Positions 1 to 9,071 of a DNA stretch of 32,000 nucleotides are shown here, piece by piece (the stretch's first letter is position 1; every line of letters starts with the position of its first letter). A model generated the notes under the pieces. That model saw only the letters and a list, made by a program, of their open reading frames with translations. It had not been told where the DNA came from and searched no databases. Position numbers and translations under genes: made by a program. This DNA comes from Nocardioides sp. CPCC 206347 (GTDB taxonomy: Bacteria; Actinomycetota; Actinomycetes; Propionibacteriales; Nocardioidaceae), in the NCBI RefSeq assembly GCF_048654605.1, contig NZ_JBMCYZ010000006.1, positions 29,727 through 61,726 on the forward strand. Direction: 5' to 3'.

Positions 1-721
1 GCGACGACGGCAGGAAGGCGAGCGCCAGCCACGTCAGCATGCGGCGGACCGCCGGTCGTTCGGAGTGCTCGACGGGCGCGTCGGTGCGATGCCCCTGGAA
101 CGCGACCACGCCGCACGTCGCCACCAGGACGAGGAACCCCAGGAACGCCCACGACCACAACGTCCGCTGGTCGCCGAGGCTGAGGTGCGGCTCGACCGCG
201 AACGGATAGGCCAGCAGGCCCACGAAGCTGCCGACGTTGCTGGCGGCGTAGAGGAAGTACGGGTCCCGGGCACGCGGCACGTCGAGCCACGAGTACCACC
301 GCTGGAGGACCGGACCGGTCGTCGTGAGCACGGCGAACGGCAGGCCGATCATCACCAGCAACGTGCGGAGCAGCCAGAAGACCGGCGACGACTCCGGGGT
401 CGCGTCGGACGGCAGCGCGAGCGGCAGGACGAGCAGGGGAAGCAGCAGCAGCGGTGCGAGCGTGAGCGGCTGCCCGCGCGGGCCCAGCCGCGACGTCAGG
501 TGGACGAACACATAGCCGAGCAGCAGCACGACCTGGAAGAACAGGGTGCACGTCGCCCACACGCTGGCTGCGCCGCCGTACGACGGGAGCAGCATGCGGG
601 CAGCCATTGGCTCGACGAGGAACAGCAGGGCAGCTCCGGCGAACGCCGTGACGGTGTACAGCACGGCGATCGGATGGGTGCGGAGCGCAGGGGCACCGTC
701 GCGCGCGATCACCGATGTCAC
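1..721 (-). CDS. Spermidine-synthase-like / fused-MFS-type polytopic membrane protein (N-terminal part; gene continues past the left edge)
   Basis: Minus-strand frame is open from GTG 721-719 to the window edge, so it is not in the ORF track. My translation: VTSVIARDGAPALRTHPIAVLYTVTAFAGAALLFLVEPMAARMLLPSYGGAASVWATCTLFFQVVLLLGYVFVH... It is strongly hydrophobic with multiple TM segments. It resembles N-termini of the fused MFS/spermidine synthase family as I recall them. A TAGGGT hexamer lies 6 nt upstream of the GTG. Confidence 0.55.
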   Translation of the reverse strand, partial: MTSVIARDGAPALRTHPIAVLYTVTAFAGAALLFLVEPMAARMLLPSYGGAASVWATCTLFFQVVLLLGYVFVHLTSRLGPRGQPLTLAPLLLLPLLVLPLALPSDATPESSPVFWLLRTLLVMIGLPFAVLTTTGPVLQRWYSWLDVPRARDPYFLYAASNVGSFVGLLAYPFAVEPHLSLGDQRTLWSWAFLGFLVLVATCGVVAFQGHRTDAPVEHSERPAVRRMLTWLALAFLPSS

Positions 722-782
722 CGCGTCACCCTAGGCGGACCGGCGCGGATCGGGACCAGTCGATCGGTTACCTTTTGTGGGT

Positions 783-870
783 ACGACAGGGGAGCACCGA
801 AGGGTGCTGAGAGTGCGGATCCGCCGCAGACCCTCTGAACCTGCTCCGGTTAAGACCGGCGAAGGGAGTC
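783..870 (+). promoter_or_regulatory. TPP (THI-box) riboswitch
   Basis: Sequence: gacaGGGGAGCaccgaagGGUGCUGAGAgugcggauccgccgcagACCCucuGAACCUGcuCCGGuUAAgaCCGGCGaAGGGAguc. It carries all the conserved THI-box blocks (GGGG.GC, CUGAGA, ACCC..GAACCUG..CCGG.UAA..CCGGCG.AGGGA). It sits directly 5' of a thiamine-type ABC importer. Confidence 0.88.
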
Positions 871-879
871 ATCTTCATC

Positions 880-1956
880 ATGCGTGCACGCATCCACTCC
901 AACGGCCACCTCATCGGCATCGCGGCGGTGGCCCTGCTGGCCTCCGGTTGCTCCCTCGTCAGCAGTGAGAACGACGGCGAGCCCGAAGCCACGGACAAGA
1001 CCGTCACCCTGGTTGCCCACGAGTCCTTCGCCCTGCCCGACGAGCTCGTCGCTGCGTTCGAGAAGGAGTCCGGCTACACCCTCGAGATCAGCAAGCTCGA
1101 GGACGCCGGTGCGCTCACCAACCAGCTCGTCCTCACCAAGGACGACCCGGTCGGCGACGTCGTGTTCGGTGTCGACAACTCCTTCGCCACGCGCGCGGTC
1201 GACGAGGGCGTCTTCGCGTCGTACGCGCCAAAGCTGCCTGCGGGCGCCGGGAAGTTCGAGCTCGAGGGCGACGACGACGATGCGCTGACGCCGATCGACA
1301 ACGGCAACGTCTGCGTCAACGTCGACGACGCGTGGTTCAGGAAGCAGGGCATCCCTGCCCCGACCAGCCTCGCGGACCTGACCGAGCCGGCCTACAAGGA
1401 CCTGTTCGTGATCCCCGGCGCCAGCACCAGCTCGCCCGGCCTGGCCTTCCTGCTCGCCACCATCGAGGAGTACGGCGACGAGTGGCCCACCTACTGGGAG
1501 GACCTGGTCGCCAACGGCGCCAAGGTCGTCAAGGGTTGGTCGGACGCGTACTTCACGGACTTCACCTTCTCCGGCGGCGACCGCCCGATCGTCGTGTCCT
1601 ACGACTCCTCGCCTGCCTTCACGCTGAACAAGGCCGGCACGAAGTCGACGACCAGTGCGCTCCTCGACAACTGCTTCGAGCAGGTCGAGTACGCCGGCGT
1701 CCTCCGGGGCGACGAGGACCACGAGACCAACGTGGCCGGTGCCGAGGCGGTCATCGATTGGCTCCTGAGCCCGGAGGTGCAGGCCGCACTCGCGCCCTCG
1801 ATGTATGTCTTCCCGGTCGCCGACGGCGTCGAGCTGCCCGCCGAGTGGGCGACGTTCGCGAAGCGCCCCCAGGGCACCGAGCAGGTCGCTCCGGCCGACA
1901 TCGCCAGCGAGCGCAAGGCCTGGCTGGAGGAGTGGACCGAGATCATCTCGCGATGA
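880..1956 (+). CDS. thiB: Thiamine ABC transporter substrate-binding lipoprotein
   Basis: 358-aa ORF. Lipoprotein signal peptide with lipobox LASGC (MRARIHSNGHLIGIAAVALLASGC). Solute-binding-protein-like sequence. Preceded by the TPP riboswitch. Stop overlaps the next start (ATGA, 1953-1956). Confidence 0.85.
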   Translation: MRARIHSNGHLIGIAAVALLASGCSLVSSENDGEPEATDKTVTLVAHESFALPDELVAAFEKESGYTLEISKLEDAGALTNQLVLTKDDPVGDVVFGVDNSFATRAVDEGVFASYAPKLPAGAGKFELEGDDDDALTPIDNGNVCVNVDDAWFRKQGIPAPTSLADLTEPAYKDLFVIPGASTSSPGLAFLLATIEEYGDEWPTYWEDLVANGAKVVKGWSDAYFTDFTFSGGDRPIVVSYDSSPAFTLNKAGTKSTTSALLDNCFEQVEYAGVLRGDEDHETNVAGAEAVIDWLLSPEVQAALAPSMYVFPVADGVELPAEWATFAKRPQGTEQVAPADIASERKAWLEEWTEIISR

Positions 1957-3602
1957 GCGGTGCCGCCGGGGTGGGCAGGAAGGTCGCGTTCGCGGCCCTT
2001 GCTGCCGTCCCGGTGGCGGTCTTCGCGGTCTTCTTCGTGCTGCCCGTCGGCGCGATGCTCGAGCGTGGCCTGTGGCCCGAGGACCGCTTCGATCCCGGAG
2101 CCGTGGTCGACGTGCTCACGCGGCCCCGGACGGGGCGGGTGCTCTGGTTCACGGTCTGGACGAGCACCGTCGCGACGGCGACCGCGGTGCTGCTCGGCGT
2201 CCCTTGCGCGTACGTCCTGCACCGGTTGCGGTTCCGCGGTCGCGGGCTGGTGCGCGCGGCCCTGCTGGTGCCGTTCGTGCTCCCGACGGTGGTCGTCGGT
2301 CTCGCCGTCCGTGAGCTCATCTCGTCGTCCGGTCCGCTCGGCTTCCTCGGCCTCGACGGCAGCCCGGTGGCGATCCTGATCGGCCTGGTGTTCTTCAACG
2401 TCGCGGTCGTGATCCGCACGGTCGGCGTGGCCTGGGAGGGCCTCGACCGGCGCCCGGGGGAGGCCGCGGCCGCACTGGGCGCTGCGCCGTGGCAGGTCTT
2501 CCGCACCGTCACCTTCCCGGCGCTGCGCCCGGCGATCGTGTCCGCCGCCAGCGTCGTGTTCCTGTTCTGCGCGACCGCGTTCGGTGTGGTCCTGGTGCTC
2601 GGCGGGGTGCGGTACTCCTCGGTCGAGACCGAGATCTACCTGCTCACCGCCGACCTGCTCGACCTGCCCGCAGCGGCGGCCCTGTCGCTGGTGCAGATGG
2701 TCGCGGTCGTCGTGCTCCTGGTCGTGGTGGAACGCCTGCGTGCCGTCCCCGACCCGACGGTACGACGATCCGTGGCTGCCCCTGCGCGACCGCAGGGTCG
2801 TGACATTCCAGCGGTCGTGGTCACCGTGCTGACCTTGCTGGCGGTGTCGCTGCCGATCCTGACGCTCGTCGTCGCGTCCTTCCGGAGCGACGGTGCCTGG
2901 ACCCTCGACTCCTACCGCGCCCTCGAGGGATCGGGCGACGGACTGCTCCAGGTGTCGGTCACCGACGCCCTGGTCGCGTCGTTGCGGATCGCGGTCGACG
3001 CGACCTGGATGTCCCTGTCCCTGGGCCTGATCGTTGCGTTCGTGGTGACCCGGCGGACCCGCACGCGCGCCGGACGCCGGGCGCGCACGGTCCTGGACGG
3101 GTTCTTCATGCTGCCGCTCGGGGTGTCCGCGGTGACCCTGGGCTTCGGATTCCTGATCGCCCTCGACGAGCCGCCGCTGGACCTGCGGTCCAGTCCGCTG
3201 CTGGTGCCGATCGCCCAGGCGCTGGTCGCCCTGCCGCTCGTGGTGCGCACCCTCGTCCCTGTCCTGGCCGGCATCGACGACCGCCAGCGCCAGGCAGCGG
3301 CGTCGCTCGGGGCGTCGCCGTTGCGGGCGATCCGCACCGTCGACCTGGCCGTGGTGTGGCGTCCCCTGCTCGCCGCCGCGGGCTTCGCGTTCGCGGTGTC
3401 GCTGGGGGAGTTCGGCGCGACCTCGTTCATCGTGCGTCCGGCCGAGCCCACGCTGCCGGTGGCGATCTACCGGCTGCTCAGTCATCCCGGTGCCCTCAAC
3501 TACGGCACCGCCATGGCAGCCTCGGTCGTCCTGGCCGCGGTGACCGCGGCCGTCATCCTTGTCGTCGAGCGGCTGCGTGTGCCGGGAACGGGGGCGTGGT
3601 GA
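1953..3602 (+). CDS. thiP: Thiamine/iron(III)-type ABC transporter permease (duplicated, two-domain)
   Basis: In-frame ATG 1953 inside track ORF 1332-3602; the upstream part of that ORF is an out-of-frame overlap with thiB. 549 aa and highly hydrophobic, with two permease halves (MSGAAGVGRKVAFAALAAVPVAVFAVFFVLPVGAML...). Stop TGA 3600-3602 overlaps the next ATG. Confidence 0.85.
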   Translation: MSGAAGVGRKVAFAALAAVPVAVFAVFFVLPVGAMLERGLWPEDRFDPGAVVDVLTRPRTGRVLWFTVWTSTVATATAVLLGVPCAYVLHRLRFRGRGLVRAALLVPFVLPTVVVGLAVRELISSSGPLGFLGLDGSPVAILIGLVFFNVAVVIRTVGVAWEGLDRRPGEAAAALGAAPWQVFRTVTFPALRPAIVSAASVVFLFCATAFGVVLVLGGVRYSSVETEIYLLTADLLDLPAAAALSLVQMVAVVVLLVVVERLRAVPDPTVRRSVAAPARPQGRDIPAVVVTVLTLLAVSLPILTLVVASFRSDGAWTLDSYRALEGSGDGLLQVSVTDALVASLRIAVDATWMSLSLGLIVAFVVTRRTRTRAGRRARTVLDGFFMLPLGVSAVTLGFGFLIALDEPPLDLRSSPLLVPIAQALVALPLVVRTLVPVLAGIDDRQRQAAASLGASPLRAIRTVDLAVVWRPLLAAAGFAFAVSLGEFGATSFIVRPAEPTLPVAIYRLLSHPGALNYGTAMAASVVLAAVTAAVILVVERLRVPGTGAW

Positions 3603-4627
3603 TGCTCGACCTCAAGGGCGTGACCGTCATCTTCGACGGCACCCGTGCCGTCGACGCCGTCGACCTCTCCGTCGCCGATGGCGACGTGCTGGCGGTGCTC
3701 GGCCCGTCGGGCTGCGGCAAGTCGACGTTGCTGCGCGCGGTCGCCGGCCTCGAACCTCTCGCAGGCGGGTCCATCGCGTGGGAGGGCCAGGACCTCGCCG
3801 ACACCCCGACCCACCGCCGTGGCTTCGCCCTGATGTTCCAGGACGGCCAGCTCTTCGACCACCTCACCGTGGCCCGCAACGTCGGCTACGCCCAGCGCCT
3901 GCGCGGTCTCCCGCGCCACGAGGTGCGGGCCGAGGTCGACGAGCTCCTCACCCTCGTCGGCCTGGAGGGGTACGGCGACCGGTTGCCCCGCACGCTGTCG
4001 GGAGGCGAGCGGCAGCGTGTCGCCCTGGCCCGTTCGCTGGCGGCCCGACCGCGCCTGCTGCTGCTCGACGAGCCGCTCAGTGCCCTCGACGCCGGCCTGC
4101 GCGGCCGGCTGGCCACCGACCTGCGCCGGATCCTCACCGCGTCCGGAACCACCGCACTGATGGTCACCCATGACCAGGCCGAGGCCTTCGCAGTGGCCGA
4201 CCGGCTGGCCGTGATGCGCGACGGCCGGATCGTGCAGGAGGGCGCCACGACCGAAGTGTGGGGCGCACCGGTGGACGGCGACACCGCCCTGTTCCTCGGG
4301 TACTCCCGGGTGCTGGAGGGCGACGCCGCAGCAGCCCTGTTGCGCCTGGCGGGTGCACCTGCGGCACCCGGTGCCGCCGTGGCGGTCCGGAGCTCCGCCG
4401 TCCGGATCGGGCCCGACGACGGTCCCCCGGCCGTCGTACAGGAGTTCCGGCTGACGCCGGACGGCAGTCGGCTGGTCGTCACGGTCGACGGGGTCGGCGA
4501 TCTGGCGGGACTGGGGGCTCCGGGGTGGACGCCGGCCGCGGGGGACCTGGCCGCCGTACGGGTGGATCGGCGGGGCCTGGCCGTCATCGGCGATCTGCTG
4601 CCACCCCCGTCAGGAGCGGTCTCCTAG
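3602..4627 (+). CDS. thiQ: ABC transporter ATP-binding protein (thiamine importer ATPase with C-terminal TOBE-like extension)
   Basis: Start ATG 3602 (GTG 3599 also possible) within track ORF 3356-4627. Walker A GPSGCGKST, signature LSGGERQRVALARSL, Walker B LLLLDEP, H-loop MVTHD. About 100 aa of extra C-terminal domain. Confidence 0.85.
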   Translation: MLDLKGVTVIFDGTRAVDAVDLSVADGDVLAVLGPSGCGKSTLLRAVAGLEPLAGGSIAWEGQDLADTPTHRRGFALMFQDGQLFDHLTVARNVGYAQRLRGLPRHEVRAEVDELLTLVGLEGYGDRLPRTLSGGERQRVALARSLAARPRLLLLDEPLSALDAGLRGRLATDLRRILTASGTTALMVTHDQAEAFAVADRLAVMRDGRIVQEGATTEVWGAPVDGDTALFLGYSRVLEGDAAAALLRLAGAPAAPGAAVAVRSSAVRIGPDDGPPAVVQEFRLTPDGSRLVVTVDGVGDLAGLGAPGWTPAAGDLAAVRVDRRGLAVIGDLLPPPSGAVS

Positions 4628-4636
4628 ACTGCCCCG

Positions 4637-5722
4637 GTGTACCGCCGCGCCTACACCCTCCTCATCGGCACGGCGGCGCTCATGCTGGGCCTGGCGGTCT
4701 TCACCGCGGTCAAGCTCGACCGCCGCCTGCTCGACCCGGAGGGCAGCTTCCTCGGACCGTCCTACATCCGCCTGCCGTTGCTCCTCATCGGGGCGCTGCT
4801 GCTGGACCTGTTGCCGCTGACCCTCTGGAAGGCCCGCGGCCGTCCGAACCGGGTCATGCCGATCGTGCGGCACCGCCTGAAGACCCACTGGACCAAGGAA
4901 CGCGCGACCCTGGTGGCGATCGGTGTCATCAGCTTCTACCTGACCTACGTCAGCTACCGGAACCTCAAGTCGTTCCTGCCGTTCGTGCGGTCCGACCCGG
5001 CCGCTGCGCCGGGTGAGGTGAGGGCGCTGTCCTACGACCGCGAGCTGCACATCATGGACCGGGTCATCTTCTTCGGCAACGACCCGAGCGACGTCCTGCA
5101 CGCGATCCTCGGCAAGACGGTCACCGCCGAGGTGCTGTCCCCGATCTACCTGATGTTCCTGCCGCTGGTGCCGCTCGGCGTGACGGCCTGGCTGGTGTGG
5201 TCGCGGAACATGTCCTTCGGGTACTGGTTCGTGACGTCCCAGTGCCTGGCCTGGTCGCTCGGCACCCTGTCGTACTACCTGCTCCCCACGCTGGGCCCGG
5301 GCATCGCCTACGCCGCGGAGTACTACGGGACCGGAGGCCTGGCGCACACCGGCACCACCGACCTGATGAACGGGATCGTGAGAGCCAGGGGCAATGTCCT
5401 GTACGGCGGCGCGACCGGGTCGGTGAACTCCATCGCCGGCTTCGCGAGCCTGCACTGCGCGATCACCCTGTTGTTCGCACTCATGGTCCAGTACACGCTG
5501 CGCTCGAAGATCCTGAAGTGGGTCTTCTGGGTGAACTTCGGCCTGACGGTCGTCGCCACGCTCTACTTCGGCTGGCACTACGTCGCCGACGACATCGCGG
5601 GCATCGCGATCGCCGTCGTGTCCTTCTACCTGGGCGGGATCGCGAGCGGGCAGAAGTTCGATAGGGGCCTGCATTCGCATCCGACGACGACCACCTCCAA
5701 GGTGCCCGTCGACGTCGACTGA
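4637..5722 (+). CDS. PAP2-superfamily integral membrane protein (PAP2_3 / lipid phosphotransferase-like)
   Basis: 361-aa ORF with GTG start 9 nt after the thiQ stop. Multiple TM segments. C2-like motif FASLHC and C3-like motif GWHYVADDIAG, matching the SxH / HxxxD signature of PAP2 enzymes. No KxxxxxxRP C1 motif noticed, as in Aur1/sphingomyelin-synthase-like members. Confidence 0.65.
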   Translation: MYRRAYTLLIGTAALMLGLAVFTAVKLDRRLLDPEGSFLGPSYIRLPLLLIGALLLDLLPLTLWKARGRPNRVMPIVRHRLKTHWTKERATLVAIGVISFYLTYVSYRNLKSFLPFVRSDPAAAPGEVRALSYDRELHIMDRVIFFGNDPSDVLHAILGKTVTAEVLSPIYLMFLPLVPLGVTAWLVWSRNMSFGYWFVTSQCLAWSLGTLSYYLLPTLGPGIAYAAEYYGTGGLAHTGTTDLMNGIVRARGNVLYGGATGSVNSIAGFASLHCAITLLFALMVQYTLRSKILKWVFWVNFGLTVVATLYFGWHYVADDIAGIAIAVVSFYLGGIASGQKFDRGLHSHPTTTTSKVPVDVD

Positions 5723-5826
5723 CGGTCCGCCCGAGAGTTACACCGTCGTAGTTCGTCAAGCCGACACGCCGGTGAGTCCTGAGAATGTTGGGATTTTTGT
5801 TTCGGATGTGACGAAATCGCACTACG

Positions 5827-7068
5827 GTGACGCGAGTGCGCACTCCAACTCTCGGGTCAGGTCTTCTTGCGCTGGTGCTGACGGCGGCCGTCTTCGTCCC
5901 CGGGGCGCAGGCTGATCCCTCGGGTCCAGCCGACCCGGACACCCCCTCGGTGAGCGACATCCGCGCCGCACGGGACCAGGCCACCACGGCGAAGACGAAG
6001 GTGCAGCTCGTCCAGGACGAGCTCGCCGCGGCCGCCGCGGACCTGGAGACGGCGTCCATCCGCGCTGCCAAGGCGGCTGAGGCGTGGAACGGCGCCCGGT
6101 GGGCCGCTGACCAGGCGCGGACCGCGAAGCAGGTCGCGCTGGCCGAGTCGGTGAAGGCCAACCGGACCATGGCCGTCCAGAAGGCCGACTACCGCGACGC
6201 CGTGATCACCGCCGAGGCGATGGGCCTGGAGCTCACCGCGGTCGGCGCCCTGGTCTCCGCCGACGGGATGGAGTCGCTGGTGGAGCGATCGGCGGCGATC
6301 GACCACGTCCAGGCAATGTTCGACCAGCAGCGCAACGAGTTCGTCTCCGCTGCCGACGCCGCGAAGAAGGCGTCCGCCACGGCGACAGCCGCATCGGACA
6401 AGGCCGACCAGACGGCGGCCGACGCCCTCGTCGCCCGGGACGAGGCCCAGGCCGCTGCCCGTACGGCGGCTGCGACCACGGCCCGCATCGAACGCCGCAA
6501 GACCCGGCTGGTCCGCACCCTCGCCCGGCTCGAGGGCGTGAGCGTCGCCCTGGCTGCCCGTCGCCAGGCTGCGCTGGAGGAGGAACGCCGGGCCGCGCGG
6601 GTTGCCCGGCGGGCCCCGGTCCGCAACACCCCCACGCCGCAGCCGACCGACCCCGGCCCGGCCGACCCGAAGCCGGCCGACCCCGGTCCGGCCCCGGAGC
6701 CCGGCAACGGCGCGCAGGCCGCCATCGCGTTCGCCCGCGCCCAGCTCGGCGAGCCGTACCGGTGGGGCGCCTCCGGCCCGAACGCGTGGGACTGCTCCGG
6801 CCTGACCGCCGAGGCCTGGGCAGCCGGGGGCAAGAGCCTCCCGCACTACTCCGTCGCCCAATACGACGTCTCCACGCCGATCTCCGAGGGCCAGCTCCGA
6901 CCCGGCGACCTGGTGTTCTGGGGTGAGGGCAACGACCCCGGCTCGATCTACCACGTCGCCCTGTACGTCGGGAACGGCCAGATCATCCACGCCCCGCGCA
7001 CCGGACGTCCCGTCACCCAGGAATCCCTCTACTACTGGCGCACGCCCGACTTCTTCGCGCGCCCCTGA
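5827..7068 (+). CDS. Secreted NlpC/P60 peptidoglycan endopeptidase with N-terminal coiled-coil (RipA-like)
   Basis: 413-aa ORF. Signal peptide ...LLALVLTAAVFVPGAQA/DP. Long Ala/Gln/Arg-rich helical region, then a Pro-rich linker (PTPQPTDPGPADPKPADPGPAPEPG). C-terminal NlpC/P60 domain GEPYRWGASGPNAWDCSGL...IYHVALYVGNGQIIHAP (Cys-His catalytic residues). Alternative start GTG 5836. Confidence 0.85.
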   Translation: MTRVRTPTLGSGLLALVLTAAVFVPGAQADPSGPADPDTPSVSDIRAARDQATTAKTKVQLVQDELAAAAADLETASIRAAKAAEAWNGARWAADQARTAKQVALAESVKANRTMAVQKADYRDAVITAEAMGLELTAVGALVSADGMESLVERSAAIDHVQAMFDQQRNEFVSAADAAKKASATATAASDKADQTAADALVARDEAQAAARTAAATTARIERRKTRLVRTLARLEGVSVALAARRQAALEEERRAARVARRAPVRNTPTPQPTDPGPADPKPADPGPAPEPGNGAQAAIAFARAQLGEPYRWGASGPNAWDCSGLTAEAWAAGGKSLPHYSVAQYDVSTPISEGQLRPGDLVFWGEGNDPGSIYHVALYVGNGQIIHAPRTGRPVTQESLYYWRTPDFFARP

Positions 7069-7091
7069 GCCCGGTCCGTTAGGTTCAGCCC

Positions 7092-9071
7092 ATGGCTGAG
7101 GAGACCACCGCGACCAAGCCCCCGGCACTCACCATCGATGTTCCCGGGCTGACCCGGGTGCTCGATGGAAAGTACGTCGACATGCGCACCCAGGTGCGGG
7201 CGTTGCTGCCGTCGTACGCCTCGGTCCTGGAGGACGCCGAGACGATGACCCGCGACGAGTTCCGCGAGCGGGTGCGCGAGGTCGTCCTCGAGATCGCCGC
7301 GACCGGCGCCCCCGGGGTGGGCTTCCCGAAGGAGTACGGCGGCGGGGAGGACATCGGCGCCTCGATCGCCGCGTTCGACACCCTCGCGTACGGCGACCTG
7401 TCGGTGCTCGTGAAGTTCGGCGTCCAGTTCGGCTTGTTCGGTGGCGCGATCCTCCAGCTCGGCACGAAGCGGCACCACGACGCGTACATCTCCGACCTCA
7501 TCACCGGCAAGCTGTTCGGCTGCTTCGCCATGACCGAGACCGCCCACGGCAGCAACGTGCAGGCGCTCGGCACCCTGGCGACGTACGACGCCGCTGCGGG
7601 CGAGTTCGTGATCACGACCAGCACCCCCGAGGCCGGCAAGGACTACATCGGCAACGCCGCGAAGCATGCGCGGATGGCCGCGGTGTTCGCTCAGCTCGAG
7701 GTCAACGGTGAGGGCCACGGCGTGCACGCGTTCGTGGTGCCGATCCGCGACGAGTCGGGCAACACCCTGCCCGGCATCCGGATCGAGGACGACGGCCACA
7801 AGATGGGCCTCAACGGCGTCGACAACGGCCGGATCTGGTTCGACGGCGTGCGCGTCCCGCGGGAGGCGCTGCTCAACAGGTTCGCCGACGTGACCGAGGA
7901 CGGCACGTACGTCAGCGAGATCGAGAGCGCGGGCCGCCGCTTCTTCACGATGCTCGGGACCCTCGTCCAGGGCCGGGTCTCGGTCGGCTCGGCCGCCGTC
8001 AGCACGGCGAAGGTGGCGCTGACGATCGCGGTGAGGTACGGCTTGCAGCGCCGACAGTTCGAGACCGGGAACGCCAAGGACGGCGAGCAGGCCGAGCAGC
8101 TGCTGCTCGACTACGGACTGCACCAGCGCCGGCTCTTCCCGCGCCTGGCCCGGACCTACGCCCTGCACTTCGCGCAGGAGGTGCTCGCGAGCCGGCTGCA
8201 CGACGTCTTCTCGGGGATCACGCCGGACGAGGAGTCCCGTCGGCTGCTGGAGTCGCGGGCTGCCGGCACCAAGGCGCTGTCGACCTGGCTGGCCACCGAC
8301 GTCATCCAGGAGTGCCGCGAGGCGTGTGGCGGCGCCGGCTACCTGTCCGTCAACCGGTTCGCGGCCCTCAAGGCCGACACGGACGTCTTCATGACCTTCG
8401 AGGGCGACAACCACGTCCTGCTGCAGCTGGTCGGCAAGGGCCTGCTCACCGACTACGCCAGCGACTTCTCCGACCTCGACCAGCTCGGGATGGTGAAGTT
8501 CGTGGCCAACCTCGCCGTCGAGACGGTGCTGGAGAAGACGCGCGTCCACAAGCTGCTCCAGCAGATCCGCGATGCCCTCCCGGACCGGGACGACACCTGG
8601 TACACCGACAGCGGCCTGCTCGACCCGAGCTACCACCTCGCCATGTTCCGGTTCCGCGAGGAGCACCGGATCGGCGGAGTTGCCAAGCGGCTCAAGCGGG
8701 GCGTGGAGTCCGGGATGAACCCGGGCGAGGTCTTCTCGCGGGTCCAGGACCACGTGATCTCCACGGCCAGGGCGCACGTCGAGCGGCTGGTCCTCGAAGC
8801 GTTCGCCGACAAGATCGATTCGCTTCCGGACGGCGACAACAAGCTCGCCCTCAACATGCTCTGCGACCTGTACGCACTGTCCAGCATCGAGGAGGACGCC
8901 GCCTGGTTCATGGAGCACGGTCGCCTCACCACGCAGCGCTCCAAGCAGATCACCCGCGAGATCGGGGACCTGTGCCGTCGGGTGCGTCCGGTCGCCGGCG
9001 ACCTGGTCGACGCGTTCGCGGTGCCGACCGAGCTGCTGCGGGCACCGGCGCTCATCGGAGGCGAAGCGTGA
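7092..9071 (+). CDS. Acyl-CoA oxidase / long acyl-CoA dehydrogenase-family flavoenzyme
   Basis: 659-aa ORF. The ACAD/ACOX middle domain is recognisable (GCFAMTETAHGSNVQALGTLATYDAAAGEFVITTSTPEAGKDYIGNAAKHARMAAVFAQLEVNGEGHGVHAFVVPIRD). Length and the extra C-terminal helical domain are typical of ACOX. Confidence 0.8.
   Translation: MAEETTATKPPALTIDVPGLTRVLDGKYVDMRTQVRALLPSYASVLEDAETMTRDEFRERVREVVLEIAATGAPGVGFPKEYGGGEDIGASIAAFDTLAYGDLSVLVKFGVQFGLFGGAILQLGTKRHHDAYISDLITGKLFGCFAMTETAHGSNVQALGTLATYDAAAGEFVITTSTPEAGKDYIGNAAKHARMAAVFAQLEVNGEGHGVHAFVVPIRDESGNTLPGIRIEDDGHKMGLNGVDNGRIWFDGVRVPREALLNRFADVTEDGTYVSEIESAGRRFFTMLGTLVQGRVSVGSAAVSTAKVALTIAVRYGLQRRQFETGNAKDGEQAEQLLLDYGLHQRRLFPRLARTYALHFAQEVLASRLHDVFSGITPDEESRRLLESRAAGTKALSTWLATDVIQECREACGGAGYLSVNRFAALKADTDVFMTFEGDNHVLLQLVGKGLLTDYASDFSDLDQLGMVKFVANLAVETVLEKTRVHKLLQQIRDALPDRDDTWYTDSGLLDPSYHLAMFRFREEHRIGGVAKRLKRGVESGMNPGEVFSRVQDHVISTARAHVERLVLEAFADKIDSLPDGDNKLALNMLCDLYALSSIEEDAAWFMEHGRLTTQRSKQITREIGDLCRRVRPVAGDLVDAFAVPTELLRAPALIGGEA

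Noticed and set aside
65-838. 257-aa plus-strand ORF at the left edge
   Set aside because: It runs antisense to the hydrophobic membrane-protein frame and straight through the TPP riboswitch. Its composition is R/E/Q/D-rich noise.
1599-3485. 628-aa minus-strand ORF opposite thiB/thiP
   Set aside because: It is a hydrophilic, His/Arg/Asp/Gln-rich antisense translation of a membrane-permease gene. It is not credible as a protein.
5723-5826. Cyclic-di-AMP (ydaO-type) riboswitch upstream of the NlpC/P60 hydrolase, as seen before some actinobacterial wall hydrolase genes
   Set aside because: The gap is only ~105 nt. I cannot find the conserved pseudo-symmetric ACGGGGA/CCCGA-type blocks. The region is merely less GC-rich and contains a -10-like TACGGT.
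6640-6705. DNA-level repeat ccggccgacccc in the NlpC/P60 gene
   Set aside because: It simply encodes the PADP/KPADP proline-rich linker. This is a low-complexity coding repeat, not a regulatory or mobile element.
7032-8918. 628-aa minus-strand ORF opposite the acyl-CoA oxidase
   Set aside because: The sense strand has clear ACOX/ACAD motifs. The antisense translation is repetitive and acidic/Arg-rich without domain signatures.
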